Counted from the stretch's first letter, positions 1 to 9,203 are shown. The stretch is DNA of 64,000 bases from Beijerinckiaceae bacterium (GCA_026461505.1 JAPJMW010000109.1:177-64176); one strand, 5' to 3'. Numbers and translations are program-made. The notes: generated by a model from the sequence alone, not told the origin.

Positions 1-1
1 C

Positions 2-232
2 TTTCGGGCTGAACAAACCCAATTGGTCGAGGAAGGGGGTCTTAAAATTACCTCAAGCTTTAACGAGGCTTTAGGATCGAGCTGCCTTTTGCATGGGCTA
101 TTGGCCGACGAAGAAGCCGTCATTTCGATACCGGGTGATCAGCCCTTTGACGTGGCCTCCTCGATCAACGTAACGATCCCAGCCAAAGCCATGCACTTTT
201 TTGACGCGGAGTCGGGACGACGGATCGACTAA
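2..232 (+). CDS. 3' end of an ABC-importer ATPase (MalK/UgpC-type C-terminal regulatory domain); the 5' end lies outside the window
   Basis: The frame is open from the window edge to TAA 230-232. The tail ..INVTIPAKAMHFFDAESGRRID resembles the C-terminus of the intact CUT1-type ATPase at 28705-29778. Confidence 0.55.
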   Translation, partial: FRAEQTQLVEEGGLKITSSFNEALGSSCLLHGLLADEEAVISIPGDQPFDVASSINVTIPAKAMHFFDAESGRRID

Positions 233-364
233 GTTCTCATTGACTCGAAAAGCAGATATTGGGCTTCCTTTTAGCAAAGAGCCGTGGCAAGCCTAAACCG
301 ACCTTGGAAACAGAGCTCATATCGCTTGTGCATTCGAGCAATTTGCGGGTGGAGGATCGAAACC

Positions 365-1366
365 ATGAACGCAATTGATTAGAGCAGCTTTAAAGAGCCG
401 GAAGGCGGCCTCTTATGGGCGTTTCGCTTTGACGGCATTCATCCGCCGACCGTCTTGGAAGCCTTGCCATCGGTGTTAGATCTCGCTTCATCTCAAGATT
501 GGTATTGGTTTCATTTTGCCTCAGCCCACGAGCAGGCCCGTCACCTCATCCGCGCACTTTCCAATCTCCCCGAGGACGCCAAAGACAGCCTAATTGATCA
601 AGATGGCGACTTGCGATTGGATGTTGAGGGCGACACCGTATATGGCGCCATTGCGGATTTCGAGCACGATCTGTCTGACCGCAACAAGGAAACCGCCAAA
701 CTGTCTTTCGCGCTCAATGGTAGGATGTTCATCAGCATGCGCCGACACGCGTTATATTCGACTGATCTGGTTCGGCGACACTTTGAGCGGGGGTGTGTTC
801 CGGCGTTGCCGATTGATTTACTCGAAATGATTTTCTCTCACTTCGCCCATGCAGCAGCCCGCGAATTATCCGAAATCGCCTAAACACTTGATGATATTGA
901 AGACCGCGTTTTGTAGCTCGAGGTCAATGATGACAGGGTTCGGCTTGCGCCCATTCGGCGAATGTCAGCGCTCCTTAACCGCGATATGTTTGCCATCAGG
1001 AACTCGTTTGCACGATTTGAAAAATTGCAATTGGCGCTTCCGACTGGCTTTGATGATGTCGTCGACCGTCTCGCACGTGAATTACAAGCATTGGATCATG
1101 ATGCCGTTCTCGTGCAGGATCGCGCGCGACTCTTGCAAGATGAAATGGCCGCGAAAACTGATGCCGCTATCAATGATAACCTTCGGATTTTGTCCGTCCT
1201 CACCACTATGCTTTTACCGCCAACCTTGATTTCTGGCATTTTTGGCATGAACGTGAAAGATCTACCCTTTCTAGAGACCCCCGGCGGATTTTGGAATGTG
1301 ATTGGCCTGTGCCTGCTTTCGAGCTTTTTCGCTTACCGATTGCTAAAAAAGCTCGATATTACATAA
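365..1366 (+). pseudogene. CorA/ZntB-family divalent-metal transporter gene interrupted by three in-frame stop codons
   Basis: ATG 365 lies 8 nt behind a GGAGGA Shine-Dalgarno (SD) sequence. One frame of 334 codons ends with the CorA signature ..LISGIFGMNV.. and two C-terminal hydrophobic helices. That frame contains TAG 380-382, TAA 881-883 and TAG 914-916, with no frameshift. Confidence 0.8.
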
Positions 1367-1384
1367 CTCTAAAAGTTTTCTTCT

Positions 1385-1418
1385 CTGTCATGTTAACTTC
1401 ACGCTAAACGCGTAATTC
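1385..1418 (+). promoter_or_regulatory. Candidate Pho box plus -10 element upstream of the metallophosphoesterase gene
   Basis: CTGTCAT (1385-1391) and ACTTCAC (1396-1402) repeat with an 11-bp period. TAATTC follows at 1413-1418, exactly 10 nt after the box. The phnC promoter has the same spacing and the same -10 hexamer. Confidence 0.45.
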
Positions 1419-1461
1419 GTGACCATCCGGATTGTATTTAACCCCAGATTAGGAGTTACTC

Positions 1462-2478
1462 ATGCTTAACCTAAAGAATATCAAAACCTCAATATTTGCC
1501 GCTGCGGTTGCAACATTAGCCGTATCGTCGGTCCAAGCAGAATCAAAGTTTTCCTTCGGTCTTTGGGGCGACATGCCTTATGCCAAAGCCAAGGATCAGG
1601 ATAAAATGCCTGCCATTTTGGATAGCATCAACGCGTCTGATATCGCCTTCTCGATCTACGACGGAGATATCAAGGATGGTAGCTCGAAATGTACGGATGA
1701 CGTATTCTCAGACGCAACCAAGATGTTCAACACGTTAAAGCAGCCTACCGTTTACATTCCGGGTGACAATGAGTGGACAGACTGCCACCGCACCAATAAT
1801 GGCGGTTACGACCAGCTCGAGCGTTTAGCCTTCATTCGTAAAACCATGTTCGCCACTCCAAACAGCTTCGGCCAAAAGACCATTGCGCTTGAGCATCAGG
1901 GCAAGATGGGCGAGAAATTCGTTGAAAACACCCGCTTTACGAAAGATGGCGTGATCTTCGTTGGCATCAACATGCCGGGATCCAACAACAACAAAGTGCT
2001 TGACGACAAAGAATGCACGAACAAGAGCGCCCGGACGCCCGAAATCTGCGCAACGGGCAACAAGGAATATGAAGAGCGTGATGCGGCTAACGTAGCTTGG
2101 GTGGTCGAGGCTTTCAAATTGGCCCGCGATACCAAGGCTCCAGGGCTTGTTATTGTATGGCAGGGCGATCCCGGATTTGACCTTCCTGAGACAGAAGAGC
2201 TTGATGAGCGCACGGATCCTGGCCATAGTGGTTATACCAACTTCCTCGCTAAACTAGTGACAGAAACAGAAGGTTATGTGGGGCAAGTCTTAATCGTGCA
2301 CGGCGATACGCACTTTTTTAAACTCGACAAGCCACTTTATTCACCGACGAAAGTGCTGCCAAATCTTACGCGGCTTCAAACCTTCGGTAGCCCATCTGTC
2401 CACTGGGTTAGGGTATCGGTTGATCCAATGTCGGCAAATGTTTTTACGATTGATCCGGTAATTGTAAAACAGAAATAA
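1462..2478 (+). CDS. Secreted calcineurin-like metallophosphoesterase
   Basis: The N-terminal signal peptide is MLNLKNIKTSIFAAAVATLAVSSVQA. Metallophosphoesterase motifs are present: GDMPY, YDGDIKDG, PGDNEWTDC and VHGDTHFF. An AGGAG SD precedes the ATG. Confidence 0.8.
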   Translation: MLNLKNIKTSIFAAAVATLAVSSVQAESKFSFGLWGDMPYAKAKDQDKMPAILDSINASDIAFSIYDGDIKDGSSKCTDDVFSDATKMFNTLKQPTVYIPGDNEWTDCHRTNNGGYDQLERLAFIRKTMFATPNSFGQKTIALEHQGKMGEKFVENTRFTKDGVIFVGINMPGSNNNKVLDDKECTNKSARTPEICATGNKEYEERDAANVAWVVEAFKLARDTKAPGLVIVWQGDPGFDLPETEELDERTDPGHSGYTNFLAKLVTETEGYVGQVLIVHGDTHFFKLDKPLYSPTKVLPNLTRLQTFGSPSVHWVRVSVDPMSANVFTIDPVIVKQK

Positions 2479-2592
2479 GCCTTTTCAGCCGTTGCTCGGT
2501 GTAATGATAGCGGTAGATCAATTTGATCCGCCGCTATCTATTTATGTTGGTAGCGCGAGCAGCCCGACAAGGAAAGGGTTAGAGATCAAGCA

Positions 2593-3210
2593 ATGACATA
2601 TGTGGTCAATTCTATATCCGATTTAGAAGCCCTTTACGGGCTTCCAGGTGAAACCTGTGTGGCGAAGGAGATCAATTATCTTTCTCCTGAATATCGCGCG
2701 ATGATGGAGGCTTCACCCTTTGCCGCTTTGGCCACTTCGGGTCCTGAGGGACTGGACTGCTCACCGCGCGGGGATCGGCATGGGCGATTGGTTCGTATTG
2801 TCGATGAGCGTACCCTAATGATGCCTGATCGGCGGGGAAATAACCGCACCGACTCGCTTAAAAACATCATACGCGATCCACGTGTTGCGTTGATGTTTTT
2901 AATCCCCGGATCGGGCAATGCGCTGCGCGTGAATGGCCGCGCCCATGTGGATGCTGATCCGGTACTTTGTGAGAGTTTTGCCGTCGACGGCCAGAAACCC
3001 CGCTCGGTGATTGTTATCACCATCGATGCGGTTTATTTCCAATGTGCGCGGGCGATTGTCCGCTCTGAGTTATGGAACCCGGTCCATCATGTTGATCCGG
3101 CAACCATAGCCACGGCGGGACAGATTTTGGCCCGTTTAAGCGATAATCGCGTGGGCGGCCCAGACTATGACCGCGAATGGCCTGAGCGGGCTAAAAAATC
3201 AATGTGGTGA
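2593..3210 (+). CDS. Pyridoxamine-5'-phosphate-oxidase-like (PPOX-class) FMN-binding flavoprotein
   Basis: 205 aa with a split-barrel PPOX-like pattern (..SPFAALATSGPEGLDCSPRGD.., ..RGNNRTDSLKNI..DPRVALMFLIPG..LRVNG). This is a family-level call only. Confidence 0.65.
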   Translation: MTYVVNSISDLEALYGLPGETCVAKEINYLSPEYRAMMEASPFAALATSGPEGLDCSPRGDRHGRLVRIVDERTLMMPDRRGNNRTDSLKNIIRDPRVALMFLIPGSGNALRVNGRAHVDADPVLCESFAVDGQKPRSVIVITIDAVYFQCARAIVRSELWNPVHHVDPATIATAGQILARLSDNRVGGPDYDREWPERAKKSMW

Positions 3211-3216
3211 TGGGCC

Positions 3217-3426
3217 TTATGCCCGCCGTCTTTGATGGAGATAGCCTAGTTTTTCGAGCTCAGCGATTTTGTCGCTGACCGATTTCCAGGTCTCGTAACT
3301 CTTTAAATCCCCGCGCGAGCGAAACAATTCGGCGCGGTCAAGGGTTTGCTTTAAAGCGGATTTTCCGGCCCTGAAAAGCGCAGCTTTCGCATGGATTTCA
3401 ATCGCTTGGTCGAGTGTGACAACCAT
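3217..3426 (-). CDS. Small hypothetical helical protein (69 aa)
   Basis: A clean ORF convergent with the PPOX gene, 6 nt apart. The composition is charged and helical. No recognisable domain. Confidence 0.4.
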   Translation of the reverse strand: MVVTLDQAIEIHAKAALFRAGKSALKQTLDRAELFRSRGDLKSYETWKSVSDKIAELEKLGYLHQRRRA

Positions 3427-3604
3427 CTGTATCAGTCTTTCCGGATGCAGACTAACGCCCCAAAACGGGAGGGGTCTTAATCAGGCTTCAGCGATACCTT
3501 GTAAAATTGCCTAATTTTCTAGCAGAAGAGCCCAAGCTTGGAAAGCCCAGACAGGCAGAATCGGCCTAAGGGTGAAAAACAACGCTGCCTATCGGCTCAT
3601 CTCA

Positions 3605-3649
3605 CTGTCCACAGCCTGTCATTCCCTTGTCATTGAACGCCCCTAATTC
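3605..3649 (+). promoter_or_regulatory. Pho box (three tandem PhoB half-sites) and -10 element of the phnC promoter
   Basis: CTGTCCA (3605), CTGTCAT (3616) and TTGTCAT (3627) repeat at an exact 11-bp period. TAATTC lies at 3644-3649, 10 nt downstream. AGGAGA SD at 3663 and ATG at 3676. Confidence 0.7.
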
Positions 3650-3675
3650 GCTCCCATTGATCAGGAGAATGTTCG

Positions 3676-4476
3676 ATGCTAGAGATTAATGGATTGAGCA
3701 AAATTTACGGCACCAACGCCGCTGTTGATTCCGTATCGCTTTCGATCAAACCGGGCAGCTTTGTCGGTGTGATTGGCCGTTCCGGCGCAGGCAAATCAAC
3801 ACTCCTTCGCATGATCAATCGTCTGAACGATCCAACGAATGGCCGCATCATCTATGACGGCGTCGATGTGACGGCCTTAAAAGGTGCTGAACTTCGCGAA
3901 TGGCGTCGTCGTTGTGCAATGATCTTTCAGCAATTTAATCTCGTTGGCCGATTGGATGTTTTAACCAACGTGTTGATGGGTCGCCTTTCTCAAGCTCCGG
4001 CTTGGCAGACGATGCTGAAGCTTTGGGGGGACGATGATAAAGCCATCGCGCTTGCTGCCCTTGAGCAATTTGATATTGCCAATCTTGCTGCGCAACGGGC
4101 GGATCAATTGTCAGGCGGCCAACAGCAACGCGTCGCGATCTGTCGCGCTTTGGTGCAAGAGCCAGACATTATTCTAGCCGATGAGCCGATCGCATCGCTT
4201 GATCCACGCAATACAAAAATCGTTATGGATGCGCTTTTGCGGATCAACAAGCATTTTGGTATTACTGTTATTAGCAATCTTCATTCAATCGATTTGGCCC
4301 GCACCTATTGCGAGCGCCTCGTCGGTATGGCGCAGGGCCGAGTGGTGTTTGATGATGTTCCGTCGGCATTGACCGAAGATGTTGCGCGCGAACTCTATGG
4401 CCTTGAGGCGCATGAAGTTATGAACCCGAATTCCGCTACCAATGATATGCCCGCTGGCATCGCTGTAGTGGCTTAA
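3676..4476 (+). CDS. phnC: Phosphonate ABC transporter ATP-binding protein PhnC
   Basis: Walker [10 protein letters not shown], signature LSGGQQQR and Walker B IILADEP. It is the first gene behind the Pho box and is followed by phnD and phnE. Confidence 0.95.
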   Translation: MLEINGLSKIYGTNAAVDSVSLSIKPGSFVGVIGRSGAGKSTLLRMINRLNDPTNGRIIYDGVDVTALKGAELREWRRRCAMIFQQFNLVGRLDVLTNVLMGRLSQAPAWQTMLKLWGDDDKAIALAALEQFDIANLAAQRADQLSGGQQQRVAICRALVQEPDIILADEPIASLDPRNTKIVMDALLRINKHFGITVISNLHSIDLARTYCERLVGMAQGRVVFDDVPSALTEDVARELYGLEAHEVMNPNSATNDMPAGIAVVA

Positions 4477-4554
4477 GAACCTACGATCCGGGCTATTTGT
4501 CCGGCTTGATTGGTATATTCCACCAAACTATCTCATCACAAGGAGACGAAGACC

Positions 4555-5466
4555 ATGATCACGCGTCGTATTATGCTTGCGGCTACCGCTGCAATGGCAT
4601 TTGTTGGAGCAGCTTCGGGCGCGCTTGCCCAAGAGTGGAAGTCAAAATATCCAGAATTGACCTTTGCCGTTGTGCCTGCTGAAAACGCAGCCGACACCAC
4701 CAACCGTTGGCAGCCATTGATGGACCACCTTTCGAAGACGATTGGCGTTCCTGTGAAGCTTCGCATTGTTAACGATTATGCTGCTGTTGTGCAGGGCCAA
4801 AAAGAAGGCACAATTCATATCGGTCTTTATGGTGCAGCTTCTTTCGCTCGCGCCATTATCGTAGGCGCTGATGTGTCGCCTTTTGGCATCGAAGTCAACA
4901 AAGACGGTTCGACCGGTTATTATTCGGTCGTTTATGTAAAGAAAGACAGCCCGTTCCAGAAGCTAGAAGATCTTAAGGGGAAGGCCCTCGGCCTGGTTGA
5001 TCCTAATTCGACATCCGGCAACAATGTTCCACGCTTTGAAATGAATAAGCTTGGAATTGATCCAGACAAGTATTTCTCTAAAGTTGTCTATGCAGGTACG
5101 CACGAAAACGCTGCGATTGGCGTGGCCCAGGGCACCTTTGATGCATGCTTCAATGCTTGGACGAACGACGAAGACTCTGACGCCTTGAAGGCCGACAAGA
5201 AGGGCCTTTTGAAGTATAGCGATCTCCGCATCATCTATAAGTCGCAGCCGATCCTCAATGGCCCATTAGCGCTGTTGAATTCAATGCCGGACGATCTCAA
5301 GAAGACCGTTACGGATGCTTTCTTGAATGCTTACACTGCCAACCGCGAAGCATTCGACAAGGCCTATGATGGCAAGAAGCTCTCCTACAAGTCCATCACC
5401 ACGAAGGATTACCAGCCAACCATCGATCTCGTTAAGTTTGTTGACGAGTTGAAGAAGAAGTCTTGA
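4555..5466 (+). CDS. phnD: Phosphonate ABC transporter periplasmic binding protein PhnD
   Basis: Start placed at ATG 4555, behind AAGGAG. The signal peptide is MITRRIMLAATAAMAFVGAASGALA. It has a PhnD-like body (..TFAVVPAEN.., ..GLVDPNSTSG..) between phnC and phnE. Confidence 0.9.
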   Translation: MITRRIMLAATAAMAFVGAASGALAQEWKSKYPELTFAVVPAENAADTTNRWQPLMDHLSKTIGVPVKLRIVNDYAAVVQGQKEGTIHIGLYGAASFARAIIVGADVSPFGIEVNKDGSTGYYSVVYVKKDSPFQKLEDLKGKALGLVDPNSTSGNNVPRFEMNKLGIDPDKYFSKVVYAGTHENAAIGVAQGTFDACFNAWTNDEDSDALKADKKGLLKYSDLRIIYKSQPILNGPLALLNSMPDDLKKTVTDAFLNAYTANREAFDKAYDGKKLSYKSITTKDYQPTIDLVKFVDELKKKS

Positions 5467-5481
5467 TCCTTAATTCAAGCG

Positions 5482-5510
5482 AAGGCGGCGGATCGATCCG
5501 CCGCCTTTTT
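5482..5510 (+). terminator. Perfect GC-rich palindrome plus T-run between phnD and phnE (intrinsic terminator or attenuator)
   Basis: AAGGCGGCGGATC/GATCCGCCGCCTT (5482-5507) runs into TTTTT. The phnE ATG follows at 5512. Confidence 0.7.
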
Positions 5511-5511
5511 C

Positions 5512-6414
5512 ATGCAAGGAGATTTTGAATTGGCAACGACAATCCAGCCTTTGCCCGATGAGCAAAATGCGCGGCTGCAATCGCAATATGCGATGGCCCT
5601 TGCGCAGAAGCGGCGGCAAATGCTTTTAGGCGCGATTATCGTTGTTTTGCTAATCCTTATTGCGGCCTTTGGTGCCGAAGTTGATCCGCATAAATTTGTT
5701 ACGAATTTTTGGAAATTCCCGCGCTATTTCTTCGATATGACCCCCCATGTCGGGCTATCGACCTTTTATGATGATGTGACCGAGTGGTATTGGGGCTTAG
5801 GCAAATGGCTCAAGCTCATGGCCGAGACTTTGTTAATTGCCTATGTCGGTACCGTTACGGGTGCGGTCATTGCTTTTGTTCTCGCCTTTTTTGCCAGTAA
5901 CAGCATGGAAGTTAGTGGCTGGTCTAAATTTTTAGCCCGCCGCTTTTTAGAGTTTTGCCGTACCGTACCGGATATCGTCTTTGCCTTGATGTTTGTTGTA
6001 AGCTTTGGCTTAGGGCCGTTCCCAGGCGTTCTCGCGCTGGCCATTCACACATCAGGCGCGCTTGGAAAGCTCTTCTCGGAAGTTATCGATAATATCGACA
6101 TGAAGCCTGTGGAAGGCTTACGCGCGAGCGGCGCATCATGGTCGCAACAAGTTCGCTTTGCGGCAGTACCGCAGGTACTTTCAAATTTTACCAGCTACAC
6201 ATTACTGCGCTTTGAGATCAATGTACGCGGTGCTGCCGTCATGGGCTTTGTTGGTGCCGGTGGTATCGGTCAATTGCTGATCGAATATGTTCGCAAGTTC
6301 TATTACGTCGATGTCGGCGCGGTCCTTATTATTATCATTCTTACCGTGATGATGATCGATTATGGTACCGAAAAAATTCGTCATCGCCTTATCGCCAAGG
6401 AGGGTATGTCGTGA
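5512..6414 (+). CDS. phnE: Phosphonate ABC transporter permease PhnE (copy 1)
   Basis: Multi-pass membrane protein with an EAA-type loop ..KPVEGLRASGASWSQQVRFAAVPQVL.. Its stop overlaps the next start (GTGA). Confidence 0.9.
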   Translation: MQGDFELATTIQPLPDEQNARLQSQYAMALAQKRRQMLLGAIIVVLLILIAAFGAEVDPHKFVTNFWKFPRYFFDMTPHVGLSTFYDDVTEWYWGLGKWLKLMAETLLIAYVGTVTGAVIAFVLAFFASNSMEVSGWSKFLARRFLEFCRTVPDIVFALMFVVSFGLGPFPGVLALAIHTSGALGKLFSEVIDNIDMKPVEGLRASGASWSQQVRFAAVPQVLSNFTSYTLLRFEINVRGAAVMGFVGAGGIGQLLIEYVRKFYYVDVGAVLIIIILTVMMIDYGTEKIRHRLIAKEGMS

Positions 6415-7289
6415 ATAATCGATCTTCCTCCCAGACAAGTTTGCGCGATCGCTTTCCGGAACTCGGAGAAATGCGTGGGCGCTATGCGGAAGCCTTTATT
6501 GGAAATAGACGCGATGAGGTTAAAGCCTATCTGCTGATCGCCGCGCTTATTTCTCTCTATGGCTTTGGTCTTTATTATGTTGGCTTCACGCCCATGATGC
6601 TAATCAATGGGTTCGGCAAATTTGGGATCGTTGTAAAAGCGATGATGCCGCCTGATCCCGGTTCATGGGACAATGCCATCGTCTTCATGCGCGGCGTAAT
6701 CGAAACGCTTGCGATGGCCTTTTTCGGTACGATTTGTGCTGCATTCCTTGCGCTTCCCTTCGGTTTTCTGGCCGCGCGCAATATTGTTTCAAATTCGATT
6801 ATCCATCACGCGGTACGGCGTTTTCTGGATATTATTCGTGGCATTGATACGCTGATTTGGGCTCTGATCTGGGTGGGCGTTGTAGGCCTTGGGCCTTTTG
6901 CTGGCGTGCTTGCGATTATTACTTCGGATTTCGGTGCGTTTGGTAAATTATTCTCTGAGGCCATCGAGGCGGCTGATCAAAAGCCCGTCGAGGGCATTGT
7001 TGCTTCCGGTGGGTCGCGGCTTGAGAGCATTAGGTTTGGTATTATCCCCCAAATATTACCCGTTCTTCTGGGCCAAGTGCTCTACTTCTTTGAGTCGAAT
7101 ACGCGCACGACCACGATTATTGGCATTGTTGGCGCGGGCGGTATTGGCCTCTATCTCACCGAAACGATACGCACTTATTTGTGGGAAGAGACCTCGTTTA
7201 TCATCATGCTGGTGTTAGTCACGGTCGCTGCGATTGATTTCATATCAAGCAAGCTTCGTGTTGCGATTATCGGCTCGCGTCCGGTTTAA
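6411..7289 (+). CDS. phnE: Phosphonate ABC transporter permease PhnE (copy 2)
   Basis: Paralogue of the preceding gene (..KPVEGIVASGGSRLESIRFGIIPQIL..). GTG start overlapping the phnE1 stop. Confidence 0.9.
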   Translation: MNNRSSSQTSLRDRFPELGEMRGRYAEAFIGNRRDEVKAYLLIAALISLYGFGLYYVGFTPMMLINGFGKFGIVVKAMMPPDPGSWDNAIVFMRGVIETLAMAFFGTICAAFLALPFGFLAARNIVSNSIIHHAVRRFLDIIRGIDTLIWALIWVGVVGLGPFAGVLAIITSDFGAFGKLFSEAIEAADQKPVEGIVASGGSRLESIRFGIIPQILPVLLGQVLYFFESNTRTTTIIGIVGAGGIGLYLTETIRTYLWEETSFIIMLVLVTVAAIDFISSKLRVAIIGSRPV

Positions 7290-8023
7290 TCACGCTCAAC
7301 AATGAACTGAACACGAGCGGGTGAAAACGCGCTTTCGACGACTTGTAAGGGCGTGCCATCCGGCAGGCTATCGATACCTTCGGAGGTCAATACCGGGTCG
7401 CCATACGACAAATTCAAGCGGGCTACTTCTTCTTGCGTCGCGAGTCGGGCTGAAAGAGAAGTTGAGAGCCGTTCATAGGTTTCAATTCCATAAGACCGAA
7501 AGGCTTCTGAAATTGACGTGTTATGGTCTCGCAGCACGGATGGAAAATCAGGGAAGCGCGTCGTTGAGAGGTAATGGATCGAAACTGAAATGGGCTTTCC
7601 GCCCGCTGAATTGAGCGCTTCGACACGCCACACAGAATCAGATGTCGGGAGCTCTAAAGACTGCGAAATGCTGATCGGGATCGTGATGCAATGCACTGAA
7701 AGGATCCGGCCCGTAGCCTCGATGCCTGCGGCATTGAAATTTTGTCGGAAGCTGACCGAACGGCCAATGCGATACGGAAAGCGGCGACCGGTAACAAAGC
7801 TCCCGCGTCCCTGTTCGACGGATACGAGACCTTGATCCTGGAGATAACGGAGAGCTTGTCGCGCCGTGTGCCGATGAACACCATAGCGGGCCGCCAGCTC
7901 CAGAGCGGTGGGCAGGCCTTTGCCCGGTTCATGATCGCCACCGGCAATCTGGGCCGCAAGATCATCGGCGATCCGCTTCCACGCCGTCAGGGGTGCCTTT
8001 TTTTCCGCTGAATGGACGGTCAT
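7286..8023 (-). CDS. phnF: GntR/HutC-family phosphonate-metabolism regulator PhnF
   Basis: N-terminal winged HTH ..LPTALELAARYGVHRHTARQALRYLQDQGLV.. and a UTRA-like C-terminus. It is divergent from phnG. Its stop overlaps the phnE2 stop (TTAA, 7286-7289). Confidence 0.85.
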   Translation of the reverse strand: MTVHSAEKKAPLTAWKRIADDLAAQIAGGDHEPGKGLPTALELAARYGVHRHTARQALRYLQDQGLVSVEQGRGSFVTGRRFPYRIGRSVSFRQNFNAAGIEATGRILSVHCITIPISISQSLELPTSDSVWRVEALNSAGGKPISVSIHYLSTTRFPDFPSVLRDHNTSISEAFRSYGIETYERLSTSLSARLATQEEVARLNLSYGDPVLTSEGIDSLPDGTPLQVVESAFSPARVQFIVERD

Positions 8024-8033
8024 TGCCTCTACC

Positions 8034-8051
8034 TCGTCACGAAAGCGTCAC
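8034..8051 (+). promoter_or_regulatory. Weak Pho-box-like direct repeat upstream of phnG
   Basis: TCGTCAC (8034-8040) and GCGTCAC (8045-8051) repeat with an 11-bp period and a 4-nt spacer (GAAA). TATAGA, a possible -10, follows at 8060. Confidence 0.35.
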
Positions 8052-8058
8052 GCCAAAC

Positions 8059-8098
8059 GTATAGACCTTTAATCAGAATCATGCTAATAGGTCTAGAC
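8059..8098. promoter_or_regulatory. Candidate PhnF (HutC-type) operators
   Basis: GTATAGAC (8059-8066) and the perfect palindrome GTCTAGAC (8091-8098) lie 32 bp apart. The core resembles GTCTAGAC-type HutC/DasR operators. The first copy overlaps the putative -10. Confidence 0.4.
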
Positions 8099-8103
8099 GT
8101 ATT

Positions 8104-8595
8104 ATGACTTTAAACCAAGATCAATCAAAGGTTTCGAGCGTGCTGGACGGCGAGGACAAAACGGCGCGGCAGCGTTGGATGGGCATTATAGCTCGCGCAT
8201 CTGGCGTTGAAGTCGCCGAACTTTTAGCCCGCATCGAATCGCAGCCGAGCTACGAGCTCATCAAGCGCCCCGAAACCGGTACCCTCATGCTCGAAGGTCG
8301 TGCCGGTGGGGCAGGGCAGCGCTTCAATATGGGCGAAGCCACGATGACCCGCTGCGTCGTTCGTCTATCGGATGGCACAATGGGTTTTTCATATGCGCTC
8401 GGCCGCGACCGGAAAAAGGCAGAGCAGTCCGCCGTTATTGATGCGCTTTTACAAAGCGCCACGCGCGACGCCGAAATGCTTCACGCGGGGCTTGGCGCCA
8501 TGGCGCAAAAGCAAGCAGAAGCGCGTGAGATCGCTTCACGCAAAGCGGCTGCTACCAAAGTTAATTTCTTCACGCTTGTAAGGGGAGACGGCTAA
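8104..8595 (+). CDS. phnG: C-P lyase system protein PhnG
   Basis: PhnG-like sequence (..RQRWMGIIARA.., ..RPETGTLMLEGRAGGAGQRFNMGEATMTRCVVRL.., ..AVIDALLQ). It is the first gene of the phnGHIJKLM run. Confidence 0.9.
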   Translation: MTLNQDQSKVSSVLDGEDKTARQRWMGIIARASGVEVAELLARIESQPSYELIKRPETGTLMLEGRAGGAGQRFNMGEATMTRCVVRLSDGTMGFSYALGRDRKKAEQSAVIDALLQSATRDAEMLHAGLGAMAQKQAEAREIASRKAAATKVNFFTLVRGDG

Positions 8596-8597
8596 TT

Positions 8598-9203
8598 ATG
8601 AGTGCTCTCCCAACATCCGATTTAGCGATGGGGCTTGCCGATCCTGTATTTGGCTCACAAGCGGTGTTCCGAACGGTGCTCACTGTCCTTTCTGAGCCGG
8701 GAAAAATCATGTCCTTGTCGGATAACCTATCCGGCTGTCCTGATCATTTACCGCCCGCCGCCGCGGCGCTTCTGCTTACCCTTGTGGATTATGAAACGCC
8801 TATTTGGTTTTCAACGGCGTTCGAGAGAATCCGGCCGTGGCTTGTCTTTCATACGGGCGCAGCAATAGCGGCTAAACCGATGGATGCGCGCTTTGCGCTC
8901 ATCGCAGCGGGACAATCCGATATTGCATTGGACGCGTTTAATCTTGGGGATGAGCGATACCCCGATACATCCGCAACCGTGATCATCCTTTGCCCATCGC
9001 TTGAAAACGGGCTTCCGGTAACGCTCACAGGTCCCGGCGTAAGAGAAACCACAAGCTTCGCACCGCAAGGGGTCGATGGTGATTTTTGGAATCAGGTACA
9101 AGACAACAACGCATTGTTTCCACTTGGCGTCGATTTGATTTTTGTCGCAGGTTCATCGCTTGCGGGCTTGCCACGTTCAACGCAGATCAGCGGGGATTTT
9201 TAA
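8598..9203 (+). CDS. phnH: C-P lyase system protein PhnH
   Basis: PhnH-like N-terminus (..VFGSQAVFRTVLTVLSEPGKI..), with matching size and position. Confidence 0.9.
   Translation: MSALPTSDLAMGLADPVFGSQAVFRTVLTVLSEPGKIMSLSDNLSGCPDHLPPAAAALLLTLVDYETPIWFSTAFERIRPWLVFHTGAAIAAKPMDARFALIAAGQSDIALDAFNLGDERYPDTSATVIILCPSLENGLPVTLTGPGVRETTSFAPQGVDGDFWNQVQDNNALFPLGVDLIFVAGSSLAGLPRSTQISGDF

Noticed and set aside
365-1366. Stop-codon reassignment or pyrrolysine/readthrough recoding as the explanation for the three stops in the CorA-like gene
   Set aside because: Both TAA and TAG clearly terminate well-defined neighbouring genes at family-typical lengths: TAA for phnG and phnH, TAG for the aldolase/SDR, the recombinase and the 2-hydroxyacid dehydrogenase. 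Two different stop codons are involved, and no recoding signals are evident.
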